DNA of 64,000 bases from assembly GCF_006345805.1 (NCBI RefSeq), contig NC_043004.1:62558001-62622000 (forward strand), written 5' to 3'. Positions 1 to 14,036 of the stretch are shown piece by piece. Numbering within the stretch: position 1 is the first letter of the stretch; each line of letters opens with the position of its first letter. This stretch comes from Octopus sinensis (lineage: Eukaryota). A model generated the notes under the pieces. It ran no database searches. It saw only the letters and a list, made by a program, of their open reading frames with translations, and was not told the origin of the DNA. The translations under genes were made by a program, and so were the position numbers.

Positions 1-1080
1 TTAAATAATAGCATTCCATGATTGGTAATTTTTCGGATCGTCTCCACAAGAAGACACAGAGTTAAAAACCATGGGTCTAAAGGCTTGAATAAGTATTTCT
101 AGTCATATTTCTGACATTCTATCATTTCTGCTAACTTGCCTATATTTGTTTTAAATTTTGGATGAGCCCATAGTTTTCCATTCGTTATAGTAAGTTCAGT
201 TTGAAGTACAGCAAATAACTTGTAAATAAAATCAGAAATATGAAATACGTATTTATATTGATAATAATTTTTTTTCGAAATGGTAAAATACTATAAACAT
301 GAAAAGTGTGATAGAAACAGCCTGGCAGTAGCGCTAGTTGATTAGTTGCAATTCCTAAGGATGTATATAAGTGTGTATGTGCGTATATATTCAACGAGTG
401 TGTGTGTGTGTGTGCACAACGCTTGTGTATATGTGTGCACGCGCGTGTCTATATGTGTGACTGTGTGCATCCGTATATATGCCTGTACGTATGAAGCTGT
501 GTGATGTTCTGGTGTGGATATTTTTGTTTTTCTTTTATCGAAATATGTAACGTCTGATGTCCACCCGTGCCATTCTTTCTAATAACCTTTCATAGTTGAA
601 TGGACCGGATTCTAACAAAGATATTTCTTTCGCTTGTACAACAACAATAATTCGTTGATTGAAAAAATCAGTCGGCAGGAAACGCCGCCACTTAAATGAT
701 TCGCTGATAATTATGCTTTAATAGGAATGATAATTAGAAGACAAATTTCTTATTATACAAGTTGCATTCAATTGAAAATTTCGATGCAATAGAAAGAAAT
801 GAAAAATAATTTTCAAATAGTAAACATCATTAGTTTCATGATGAATTAATTCGTACAGAATTTTATGAACTATTGAAACAATACAACTCTTGTTTCTTAC
901 ACGATAGGAAATAATTTTAAATTATTATAAAGAATACTTGATAAAATAATTATGAATTAATTCATTAGATTTGTGAAGTTCAATTAGTTTAATGATGCAG
1001 CTTGATGACAAATTGTGAAAGTTAACTGAGTGAAAGTTTGCTGAGTGAATAGTTACTTATATATATATTTATACATACAT

Positions 1081-1175
<95 letters not shown>

Positions 1176-2020
1176 TGTGTGTGTGTGGTGTGTGTGTGTG
1201 TGAGTGTGTGTGTGTGCATATATATGCTTATGTATATGCATGCACATACACAAACGCACAGGACGTCTTCCTTTCAACATATCTCTTTTACCGAATATCT
1301 CTCTAACATATCTCTCTATATTTCTTAAATTTTCTGTTTGTGCAGCGCTCAGTTTTCATGCTATCTTGCACGAAACCTAATGTCTAATCTCTACCCGCCA
1401 TTCTTTACACACAGTGTTTGTATATTCGATCGAAATTTTGTATAGAAAAACCAACTAACCAACCAAACATTAATGCTTCTAATATCATAAAGAAATATTG
1501 AAAACTTCTACCGAATGCTACATGTTTCAAATTTTGGCATATGACCAACGATTGTATGAGAGATGCCTCATATGAAAGTGGTCTCAGAACTAGTACTCAT
1601 TTTAACGATCTTCAAGTCATACCAGGCAACGTCGACATTGGGGGAATTTGAACGGAGTGATATATATTTCAGAAATTGCAATATAAAAGGAACTGTAGCA
1701 ACATGAATACGATTGCGCAAGTGGATCTCCATTATGATAATGAAGATAAACAGTCTGAAGGAATACGTGAATGACTAATAGTAATAAGAATTAAAATAAC
1801 CTCGTAATGTTAAATTGATTGAAATATATTTGAATGCCTTGGTGCTATACTACCAGAACAGATGCCAATTATGGCGAACGTTCTCATGAATCGGCTTTAT
1901 ATAAATAACACTGCAAATACATAAAGCCACATATAACTACATAGAAAACATGGGCATAAGTTTTTGTGAACAAGTACGTGTGTGACTGTATGTACGTATG
2001 TTTTAGTGAGTGTGTGTACG

Positions 2021-2053
<33 letters not shown>

Positions 2054-2349
2054 TTGTGTGTGTGTATGTGTATGTATGTGTATGTATGTATATATGTATG
2101 TATATATGTACGTATTTCATAACTATCTATCTATCTATCCGTGTACCTATCTTCTGATGACGGAAGAAACATTTTGGATTCATTTTTTAATAAAATGTTA
2201 TCCTTGTATCATATGTCCACACACACATACACACACACTATGTATGTCTACATATATATATATATATATCCGTAATAATTTGGAATAATTATCAATTACA
2301 CCAAGTAGTCTTCGGCATGTAAAAGCCTCATTCGAGGAAAATTTAAGTA

Positions 2350-3073
<724 letters not shown>

Positions 3074-3151
3074 TAAGAGTATATATTCTATATTTATCTC
3101 TCATTCTTTCTACCTACCAACCAACCTACCTATAGATGTATATATTGTATA

Positions 3152-3932
3152 TGTGGTCTGGTCAATAAGTTTCCGGACTCTTGCCATAAAAAGGAAGCTA
3201 AAGAAAACAGCTCACTTCCGCTGTTTAGAGTAGTGTTTAGCAGGAACGTGTTTCGCTTGTGACCGTCGTATTTACCATAACAGAGAAAGTTGAGCAGAGA
3301 ATCTGCATCACATTTTGCCACAGGTTTATTGATACCTGTTCAGAGACCTACTCAGAGTTGCCAGTAGTGTATGGAGAGTTGTGTATGAGCCGAAGAAATG
3401 TCGATAGTAACGAAAGTTCACGGAGGTCGAAATCAGCAGAAATTTGAAAAATATCGCAGATGTGCTTGCAGCTGTGAGAGGAAATAGTGTTATCACCGTC
3501 CGTGGATGTGCAGATTAGTCACTTGTCATTTAATTCGATTATCACTGAAGATTTTTGCATGAGATGCGTGTTTGTCCGGTTTGTGTCAAAGCTGCTTAAG
3601 CACCTACCCATTCAGCGTAGCTTTCCAACAGGTTTTGGTTAGGCACATCATTCACCAAGACCGACAAGATACCGTACTTTCGAGATCTCATTCCTTGCGA
3701 AAGTTCCCTCTTTCCAAATATCAAATCACGCTTGAAGGGAAGAAGGTTTCAGGACGTCCAGACAGCTGCCGATCATCCCAGAAAGTGAGTTCCGAGAAGG
3801 TTCCATCTATGGAAGCAGTGATGGATTAAGAGGACCTCATTGAAGTAGATTAAATACCAATGTAGTAGGTGCCGTAGTCATTCATTTATTTTATAGAACT
3901 GGTTCGAATACTTATTTATCAATTCCCAAGCG
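3152..3932 (+). mobile_element. Internally deleted mariner transposon remnant
   Basis: TA followed by left TIR TGTGGTCTGGTCAATAAGTTTCCGGACT. A degenerate right TIR at about 3902-3921 matches at 15/20 positions. Translated pieces EKVEQRICITFC, CVRFVSKLL and DLIPCESSLFPNIKSRLKGRRFQDV resemble the mariner N-terminus and the YSPDLAP-D-LF motif. Confidence 0.85.
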
Positions 3933-4234
3933 TATGTATATATGTAGTATATATAAACATAAATACGTATATATTTATACGCATATATTCATTTATGCAT
4001 TTATAAATGTATGCATGTATGACATGCATAAAGCAAACGGAGACAGCTCAGAAACTGGTGAAGGAAACAGGTCTCAAATGTGTTCGTTACTGTATTCTGA
4101 GTCGACACAAACACAATCTACTGCATAGCAATGGATGAGATGTTCACAAACAACTAATAATAATAATAATAACAACAACAACAATATCGAAAAATAACTT
4201 ACGAATAACAACCCAGGTTCCAAATTTCCCCCAA

Positions 4235-4280
4235 GACACCTGATGATGGCTGGAGGGTATATCAGCCGAAACGTTGTGTT
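4235..4280 (+). ncRNA. Minimal type I hammerhead ribozyme motif in a Penelope-type repeat fragment
   Basis: Helix I GACAC(4235-39)/GTGTT(4276-80); core CTGATGA(4240-46) plus one extra nt; stem II GGCTG/CAGCC; GAAAC(4268-72); palindromic ACGT helix III; GTT cleavage triplet. Confidence 0.75.
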
Positions 4281-4337
4281 AACAACAAACAAGATGAGGA
4301 CAAATATCAGCCAATTGTAAATAATATAAATAATGTA

Positions 4338-4430
4338 ACTAAGTCCTGGGGTCGCTTTTTCCGACTAAAGGTGGTGCTCTACCATGGCCGCAATCAAGGT
4401 GACTAAGAGAAATAAAAGAATAAGAGAATA
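4338..4430 (+). mobile_element. SINE family A 3' fragment
   Basis: AAGTCCTGGGGTCG...ACTAAAGGTGGTGCTCTACCATGGCCGCAATCA matches the family A tail. Confidence 0.7.
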
Positions 4431-5072
4431 CTGCTCTGCTTTCAGGAGGCCCTCAATTGTTGCCATTGATATTGTGTTAATTTTCAGAAGCGCATATTCT
4501 CTTCTTTGTTTTAGTCCAGTTATCGGACTAAAGATGCAACATGCTTCTGTAACTGATATTGACGTTTCTTCATCGGCAATTCTCAGAGATGTTATGAAAT
4601 AGTTTCCAATAGCTGTTTCAGGGTAACACAACATTTTTGTAAAAATTTTCTAATTGTGTTTTCATATGTACAGAATCAATTCGCAGTTGTCACTCTATTG
4701 AACAACGAACTTCATGGATTTCGATTCGCCTTGTTGGTGTTTTCATTTTAGAATTGTTATTGGTGCATTCTGCATTCTTATTATTCTCGCTGTGTCTATA
4801 TTTTTCCGTATTTCTTTGAAGTGATTGTAATTTGGGCTATTCTGGATGTTGTTAAACAAATAATTTTGATTCGATACCGATATCATTATGTGGGTGCTAG
4901 TGTTTGAACTGGTATTTATTTGTTCAGATGGTGTTGAAACATTTGTATGATATTCTGGAAAACAGATTACGATATGGGAAACGTTAAGATCTTTGGGAAG
5001 CGTTAGTAACAATGGTGAAGAAAGCAACAGTAATACTAATACTAAAGCAAAATCTCTTCCAGTAGTCAGCAT
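4430..5072 (-). pseudogene. Possible decayed LRR-type secreted/receptor gene (signal peptide + glycosylated N-terminus + LRRNT/LRR1-like segment)
   Basis: ATG at 5072 opens 109 aa: MLTTGRDFALVLVLLLLSSPLLLT, four N-x-S sequons, then FKEIRKNIDTARIIRMQNAPITILK, ending in a stop within an A-run. Downstream frames are broken. Family assignment is by eye only. Confidence 0.3.
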
Positions 5073-5432
5073 GGATTCTTTCCAATGGCATTGAGTATTG
5101 AGAAAAAATGCCACACGCTGAACAAGGAAATCATGTCTGGTAGTTCGATAATTATAAATCAAATCGAGGGAATAAAAACAATAACAAGTGAATGTACAAA
5201 CAGAGAATGAAGCAAACGAAAGAGAAGGAAAAAAATGGTAAAAGTAAACTAAAATTATAACCTGTAAGGGTACTTCAATCCTTCGTATTCTGGAGAGAGA
5301 AAACACCCAGAAGATATGAATTCAATCGAGTTTTCAAACGTATAACGTATAATCTTTTCAAGTAAAATAAAACGGCGTCCAAAAAGTTGTTAACAAAATA
5401 TAGCACATATTAGCAGAATTTTCCGAGAAAAA

Positions 5433-5550
<118 letters not shown>

Positions 5551-6081
5551 GCCCTGATGCAGTACCAGGCAGTGGCTCTCATGGCTTCTGATCTTAACTG
5601 GATGGAGCAGTCATTATGTACTTTGTTTTGTCTTGGAATAAAAGATGGGCTACAGCAAATATTCTGCTCAATACCACAGATGTGCTTGTCAGTTGCTTAA
5701 CCTTAAACAGTTGAGCATGTCCCCTGGTGGCTGTCGATGTGTGCATCTCTGACCAGTAGTGGTGGGTAAGAATTCCTTGGGGTTTAGATATCTCACCCTT
5801 GGAAACATGGTGTTTCGTTTATCATCCTTAAACAAATCTTATTCAGGGACCTTTTGACCGCGATGTGATACTCGACCAGAAAAAAATTCTAACTGAGCCC
5901 CCCCCCCCCACTTCAAGGTCATGCGCTGTTTATCTTGATATAAGATCACCATGTCACGCACATATGCTTGTGATGCAGGTGCCTGGTGTACCCTTATCAG
6001 ACAAGTAGTCATGATGGGTATACTGGGCTTCGTATATTTTACTCCAGTGTCACTTTGATGGCATGCACTGCTCTCTCACTC
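5551..6081. mobile_element. Non-coding interspersed repeat embedded in (AAT)n
   Basis: A ~530-bp relatively GC-rich block with no ORF, flanked by AAT repeats on both sides. I recall it as a common octopus repeat, but only one copy is in this window. Confidence 0.5.
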
Positions 6082-6110
6082 AATAATTATGATCATATTA
6101 ATAATAATAA

Positions 6111-6280
6111 TGCTTTCTGGTAAAGGCCCAACGCCTGAAATTTTGGGGGAGGGGAAAGGCAATTAAATCAACCCCAGTACGTAACTGGCACTTATATCAT
6201 CAAAGCTGATAGCATAAAAGGCAATGGCCACCTTGGCGGCATGTGAACTCAGATCATAATGATAGACTAAATACGGCTGT
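6111..6280 (-). mobile_element. SINE family D (Nin/Deu-domain-like), degenerate
   Basis: The reverse strand reads ...GAGTTCACATGCCGCCAAGGTGGCCATTGCCTTTTATGC...CCAGTTACGTACTGGGG...AAAATTTCAGGCGTTGGGCC, followed by an (ATT)n tail. It is homologous to the copy at 18078. Confidence 0.6.
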
Positions 6281-7180
6281 TCAACAGATGGTTATCCACG
6301 CTCGTCATCCGAAAGAAAGAGAATGCAGAATGGTCCAGGGGAGATAATAAAGAACTTAAGGCATTCTATCGTGCCACGTATTTGCCCACAATTAAATCTA
6401 ATACTGAACAAACCTACGAAAACTGGAGACACAAGTAGGATCCTTCTTGGACAGCAACAATCTTCCCAACGCCAGAAGGAACGTTATGAAAAAGATGTTA
6501 CTGAATAACAGATTCAGCAAATTAAACAATCAATGAGAGATAAATTGAACGTAGTTGCAGTTCAATAAGATACTAGAGAATGATTATAGACCAACGCAGG
6601 TTTGATGAAAATACAGTAATGATTGTAAGATACAATGTAACTAATAAGCAAAGTGAAATGTTCTCTAAACCAACCATAAATACCAAGACAAATGAAAATG
6701 AAATAGATGAATAAAGTAACTGAACTACATTATCTAAAAAATCAAATCATGATTAGAGGAATTTGGGAGATATAGTTTACGTTTAGGGGAATTCGTAGAA
6801 AATATTATCGGTATTTCTATTGGTGTAGAATTTATTTAATTTCTTGTTGTTAATTGAGGATATGACAATGAATAAGTTAGGTATTTGGCTAAAACCAATT
6901 TCAAGAGTTTTCTGGTTTATCGTTTCATTATATCTATTATCAGTGATAAAGTATTTATGAATGGCCTTAAATATCGATTTAACATTGTTATTTTTAATTT
7001 GGATTGTATATAGTATAATGACCCATATTATATTAGATTTATCAGCGTGGCTTACTGCGCCCAGAAATATGAATTTAATATTTAATTAAATTCACTGTGT
7101 ATAATTGAAACAGCTGTAAGGGAAATGTAATCGATTTGTCGCTGATATTTCCAATATTTTTATTTTTCCTTTATACATGC

Positions 7181-7281
<101 letters not shown>

Positions 7282-8155
7282 GCAAATATACACCAACAAA
7301 TATGGTTTACCCTATTTGTATATAGCAATGGCCTAGCGATCAAGATTGGCTCCTATTCGTTTGAGTTACGTAAGTCAGAAAAATTTCGAAACATTACTCT
7401 CTATCACACCTGAAGTAGGGACGAGTCGTCTTTCCTGACAAGGACTTTCAGATCTAGCAACAACCATTCCGTTCGGAGTGGTTGTTGCTACCAAGGAACT
7501 CATTGAGTATACGTGTTTGATTATATATATATATATATATATATATAGTATATATATATATTCCGCTGTTTTAATATATACTATATAATACGTAGCTTTT
7601 CAACGCGGTCTCTTTTGTTCATTTTCTTCAATCTAGCTATCTACTGCAGAGTCACTTTGATATTTTTAGGTGTACTTTCACAACAGTGATACATTTAGCA
7701 GAAGTGCAATTCATTTAATAAATTATTCATTTATTTAAGTTTCTTCGCTGTAAAATCAAAAGCACACATTTTCGTATCCAAAAATGCTGCTTCTCTTGTC
7801 TGTCTGTATTAAATTGAAATATTCCTTGCGTCGATAATATACGTGGAATAGAAATTATATAAAATAGGATAATCTAAATCACTTGTCACGGCATCTGCTC
7901 GTCAAAATATTTTGGAATATTAACATAGGAAAATACATAAGATTGAAGAATCAAAATATACAAAGAAGAATTATTCTTATCCGTTAATGCATTTGCATCA
8001 CTTGAAAAACAAAAGACTAATAAACGAAAGTTGTACAAGCGGTGCCCCTACTCTAAAGCAAAGCACGCTAATAATATAGAATAAGCAAATAACTATAAGA
8101 AGGATAAATGTGAGAGAAAATTGAAAACTGCGAATGTACCATGAAATGACGTATA

Positions 8156-8544
8156 TCTTTATATATAAAAGAAAGGTTGTGTGTCTGTTTACACCGATTT
8201 AGATTCCTAACTACTCCCACATTTTACGGTGCAGTTTAACCAAAACCGGATATCTTATAGTCGTGATTCATATCAAACCCTTCTGGGTATTAGCGCGCGT
8301 CTACGATGAGTCTACGATTTTAAAAATAATTTAACATCATTTTTTCCATTTTAATGCATATTTTTTTAAATATAAGGAAAGTAACTCTCTAAAAATGTCT
8401 ACGATGAGTCAACGATTTTTAAAAATTACCATAATTTTTTTTCCATTTTTAATGCATTTTTGCTATGTTTTGGCTATAACTCTCTAAAAATGCTTTATGG
8501 TTATTTCCCTTACAAACCCGAGCAACGCCGGGCGATACTGCTAG
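8156..8544 (+). mobile_element. Non-autonomous Helitron
   Basis: 5' TC start after A8155, subterminal hairpin CCCG-AGCAACGC-CGGG (8517-8532), and 3' CTAG followed by T8545 (A|T target). It contains an internal ~98-bp tandem duplication beginning GTCTACGATGAGTC. Confidence 0.85.
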
Positions 8545-9607
8545 TTATTATATATATTGTTTCACTGCTAGTTCCAAACGTTCCTCAGCGGCGAATGTTG
8601 TGTTGTACGATGCCTTCAATACTTTCATCTTGATATATTGATTACTATCAATCGGTGACTATATCCCCTTTATAAACATATATGAAAACACGCACACGCG
8701 CATGCAATGAATATACACACATATATATTTCTTCGCACAAAATCTCACGTGTACTTATGCATATATCTAAATGCGTGTACTTATATATCCGTTTCTTGCA
8801 ATACAACAAATTCCTCTCAGTAAAAATATTGAAAAATGTGCAGATAACATCAAACCGAATTTCACTGTCTTCCCCTTCTACCAATGCAATCTCTCCACTA
8901 GAACGTTCAAATAAAGAAACTTTTTTCATTGAAAAATACAGAACACGTCTTAAAATGCATGCATAACCAACTTTTATCTTTTTACATATTTCAATTCACG
9001 ATTACATCACTGTACATAAATCCCCTCACTAAACAAGGTTTTCGAAACTTGCCTTTGTACATATACATTCTCCTCCCATTACCGAAAGTTGAACAGCTAT
9101 CTCCCTTACCCACAACAATAACAATAATAACGATAACCAATATCTACCATTATTTTTTCTACTTGTGAAGTCATTCACTCTTGATCTTCATCACACAAAA
9201 CATGGACAACATTTCTTCTTAAGAAAAAAATACATATTCAAATAAGTAAAACATTATATCATGAATAGCGATAGCGAAACCGGTCGATATATTAAAAATT
9301 ACGTCAAAATTATGTAAGTGTACCTATTTTCCTTTTTTTAATTTCTTATATACATTACAACTCACGACGTGGGGATAATTGAAATTCCTCTTTTTTGTTG
9401 CTACTAAATATTGTTAAACCTCGCTAAGATAAATATTTCAATCACCTGAAGATTGACTGTAACTCGAATTTTTACGAATTGGACAGCCATGAAACGATCG
9501 TTTTTAATGATTTTGATATATATTTAAAATAATATAAATTAATTAATCTTATGTATTGGCTTAAGTTTTTCATTGTATGATTTGCCTAATGGTGGTTTTA
9601 TCTCTAA

Positions 9608-9681
<74 letters not shown>

Positions 9682-10430
9682 ATAGATAGAGATACATCCA
9701 TACATAATACATACAGGCATATATAAATACATACATACATACATACATACATACATACATACATACATACATACATACATACATACTAAGGAAATCTGCA
9801 TAAAACTTTCACTCGCACATGTAATTGTCAATTTAACATTTCTGAAAAGAAGTGCTGGGCTGTGTAACGTGACCTAAAACTGCTTCTTTTAATGGGTCCA
9901 GTTATAAAATGACCAATACATATCCGAATAGCCACCCATATAGTATAGAAAAATATTCTCAGACTAAAACCAAACTCAACTGATGGTAAGTTATAAATTA
10001 GCTCGTTTCCTCTCAACTTAAACATACTTAATATGACTATAAACACTATGCGTAAAACAGTTCATTGAACCAAAATGCGAGTAATTCGACTGAGACACTG
10101 ATTTGCATTTTCTAATATATCCGCAGAGGACCATTTTTCGATGTCAAAGACACGAGCGCATGACTGAAAATTAAGTTTACAAAACACAGATGGCCGACAT
10201 AAATTTGTCTAGGAAGGGATTTGAACCCAACATACAAAGACCCTACGGTACACCTCATCTACTGACGAAGTTGCTTAAAAGTAAAGAATCGAGCATGTCT
10301 TTGACTAATTGGAATTCCAGCTGAGAAATTCAGTCGCTTTACGGGACTTCTATTTCTTCATTATTTGAATATCATTCCTTACCACCAGGAGTAGATTCGT
10401 TGGTCGCATCGCTTATATAATATACGGTAA

Positions 10431-10826
10431 ACTCTTTATTCTTTTACTTGTTTCAGTCATTTGACTGCGGCCATGCTGGAGCACCGCCTTTAGTCGAGCA
10501 AATCGACCCCGGGACTTATTCTTTGTAAGTCCAGTACTTATTCTATCGGTCTTTTTGCCGAACCGCTAGATGACGGGGACGTAAACACACCAGCATCGGT
10601 TGTCAAGCAATGCTCGGGAGACAAACACAGACACACAAACACATACATATATATAGATATATACGACGGGATTCTTTCAGTTTACGTCTACCAAATCCAC
10701 TCACAAGGCATTGGTCGGCCCGGGGCTATAGCAGAAGACACTTGCCCAAGATGCCACGCGGTGGGACTAAACTCGGAAGCATGTGGTTGGTTAGCAAGCT
10801 ACTTACCGCACAGCCACTCCTGCACC
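10431..10826 (-). mobile_element. Full-length SINE family A
   Basis: The reverse complement runs from head GGTGCAGGAGTGGCTGTGCGGTAAG through the core to tail GAAACAAGTAAAAGAATAAAGAGT. Confidence 0.92.
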
Positions 10827-11928
10827 TGTTTGATATAACTGATGGTGTTTAGCTCATCATTATCCTTGCTATGGCTTTATGTGTCCCTAACCTCAGTGCT
10901 GTCCATGCTGACTAGTGTATACTTTAGCATTCATTGTGTCCTTTTTGAGGTATATTTAATGGCAATTTTTGTTTGTGGATTGGAGAGGTAAACATGCTTA
11001 GTTTAATAAAAATGCAAGGACGTTTTCGTATAATGTCCATGCAGCTAATGGCGACAATGATTATATTTTTGTTACGCATTTGTATGAACATTGATCCATA
11101 TAGCTTACACAATTTGATAGTTTTGACCACTATTAAAAACGAACAAATAATTTGTAACAGATTCCATGTCTGAAAATATGAGTTTGTATGTTTTGCGGTT
11201 ATCGAACTTGGAGTTTATCAGCTTTAGAGTACGTCTAGTTCTGGAGAGAAAAGGTGGGAGTTTGTAACCGTGTAAATACCTTTGTTTTTACATTACCATG
11301 ACAGATATTACAAAACCGGAAGAATCGTTCCGTCTTAAATTTGGACGATTCAACATTATATGTCTTAAAGTTTTCTTTCTGAAAATGATGTTGAATTAAA
11401 TTTGAACTCAGAACATGAAGTATATATAAGTGTGTGTTTGTTTTTATGTGAGTATGTATTTTTATTCTTATTTATTTGTAACGATGTTTGAATGTCTATA
11501 CTTATAAAACAATATCACATTAGTCATGAAATAAACAAGGCAACAGTTTTGCATAAAAACTAATTTATATGAGTGCAATTGCTCCGGGATTTTATGAGGT
11601 TCGGCAGACGAAAATCCCATGATTTTTGTTAACCACAGATTGGTATAATAAACATGAAACCGTACTATTTGTCTTAATTTATGTGATTATTCGAAACATA
11701 TTATAGTAGATAATATTAATAATATCAACGAATGACAAAAGAATCTTAGTAAGACTTTCATTCGTTTAGACATAATAGATGGGGAACTGGAAACAGAATC
11801 ATTCAAAACTATTTTAAAGAGGGTCTTTAGATTATTAACTGAAACTTATTATTATAATTACGTCCTAAACTAGTATATATCCGTTTTATCTGAATGAGGA
11901 AAAGTTAACTTGCGTGATGAAATATGAA

Positions 11929-12440
11929 CTAGCTTAGCTGAGGAACAGAACCACTAATACAATGTATACTCGCCATCACAGAATAGCTGCTATGTTTTAT
12001 TGTAGCCTGGAATCTTTTCACATTAACGTCTTTATCACAGATTCTACAGACCCACTTTCGATCACTGTCAGGAAATACAGCAAATCTGGACACATCAGAG
12101 AATATGACAGTGTCCCATATTACTAGTACCCGCTCCACCGTCTCACTGGATCAATTTTTTCACCGCTTCATGTTGGCTGGTCTAAGAAGTGCCTTTCTTC
12201 TTGCTGCTCTGCAAATGGTAACCAAGTTTCTGGGACTGACATCAATTTGTTCTCCTATGTCTGAGGCCTTGCAATGAGGATTATCTTCCACACTTGTATT
12301 AGCAAAGAGAAGGGTCCTGTCAGATGTCCCTAGTTGATCTGGGCGGGGTAATGTGGACTTCTTCCCCTCCTTGATGAATTGTACAATCACTCTATTAAAC
12401 GGTAGGAAGCGAAATCCCAAGGCTTCTGGCGATTTTACAT
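11929..12440 (-). mobile_element. Tc1-family transposase remnant (inactive)
   Basis: Frames give KEGKKSTLPRPDQLGTSDR...RAARRKALLRPANMKR and WDTVIFSDVSRF...DRKWVCR...TIKHSSYSVM. These match the Tc1 HTH/linker and the first catalytic-D region, with an internal deletion and frameshift. Confidence 0.8.
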
Positions 12441-13450
12441 TGACTACAATACCTACAATACGGCGACCGGCAACTTTGAAATTCAATCACATATAGAACC
12501 AGAAATATAAAAATGTCAATTGATAAAAATATAATCCTCTACCAGTTAGAAGAATAAACCTAAAATGATGTTTTATGTGATGTTTATTTTACAATAACAC
12601 CCAATTTGCTGCTTTTAACTAATATTTATGAGAATGCATTCAGAGTCAATATTCGTAGAAAAGTTAAGGTATTTATATATTGAAACTGAAATACATATGC
12701 GTATATAATTTACATTTCAAAATAGTATAAATGCATATAATTTGAATTTCTAAGTATCATCTTCGGGAATATATATTAAGTTATCTCACAACCACGTAGA
12801 TAAATGCTATGCATATAATTTTATAGACGCTCCTTGTGTATAAATTGCGTATAATTTTATGTGAAAGTTTATGTGACTGAGTGTAGATAAAGATGTTTTG
12901 TTTATCTGTATACACTATTGTATTTGCATACATTTTCATATACATTAGTAAGTACTTAATTCTTTCAAATTACAGTGAATGGAAAGAAAGAACAATGAAT
13001 TCAGACGTAATGAAGAATAACTTCAAACGTTTGTGAATATTGTAAAACAAAACAATTTAAAAAGAAAAACATCCGTTCACCATTATCTGAAACAATGTTA
13101 AAATTACATTGTTGCCGCACAGGTTTTGAATACAAGTTAAATAATCTAGCATCAAATTTTATTAATTACAGCAGATAATGATGAATGCAAAGTACCCCCT
13201 TTCCAATTTCAAAGTCTATTACAATATATACTCAACGTTCGTTTTTCAAATGTGCTACACTATGATGCAGCTCTTGTATCAGGAGCTACAAGATGGTAAG
13301 TTTCCAAATGATAGCCATGGAAATTCCTCTCCGTTTTTTCACAAATATCGCTTTTATTGTGTCCTGTAGACTTCACATACAGCTAGTTGAGTTTATCAAC
13401 CAGCGTGGATTTCTGTTAGTGCTTTCGTATGTTTGAAAAAAATGCTGTTG

Positions 13451-13505
<55 letters not shown>

Positions 13506-13600
13506 TACATACATACATACATACATACAAACACAAACAAAAGTACTCGCGCACACGCACATACACACACACACACAACACACACACACACACACTCACA

Positions 13601-13678
<78 letters not shown>

Positions 13679-13860
13679 TCATATCTTTTAAATTCGTTTA
13701 TGTTAACGTTCAGGGTATGCAAATAAAGCTCTTATCTAATTATACCGGCTACCGTCTAATCAGTATCATACTGATTAGAAGACGGTCTTTCTGGATTGGA
13801 TCGTGAGTATACCGATTTATTGTAGGATGAATATAACAACAATGATTCTAGGATGTTATT

Positions 13861-14036
13861 TATAGATATTTAATACATAGCTACGAGAGTTTCCATAAAA
13901 CTCATGATTTTAACATCATAGTCGGTATCCTTGTGATAAGAACAGATTATACTGTTCTAATGCCAAGGATACCGACTCTGATGTTAAAATCATGTGATTT
14001 GTGGAAATACGCATAGCGATATATCAAATATTCATA
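13861..14036. mobile_element. Palindromic MITE-like element
   Basis: Inner arms CATGATTTTAACATCATAGTCGGTATCCTTG / CAAGGATACCGACTCTGATGTTAAAATCATG have 1 mismatch. The centre is AGAACAG-ATTATA-CTGTTCT, and the outer arms are degenerate. Confidence 0.7.

Noticed and set aside
2153-2180. CTGATGACGGAAGAAACATT hammerhead-like string
   Set aside because: No stem II and no helix I complement.
9445-9480. CTGAAGATTGACTGTAACTCGAAT degenerate hammerhead
   Set aside because: Stem II is mismatched, GAAA is mutated and no helix I is found. At most a dead relic.
10261-10305. CTGACGAAGTTGCTTAAAAGTAAAGAATC...GTC degenerate hammerhead
   Set aside because: Stem II is broken, there is no GAAA, and helix I is unsupported.
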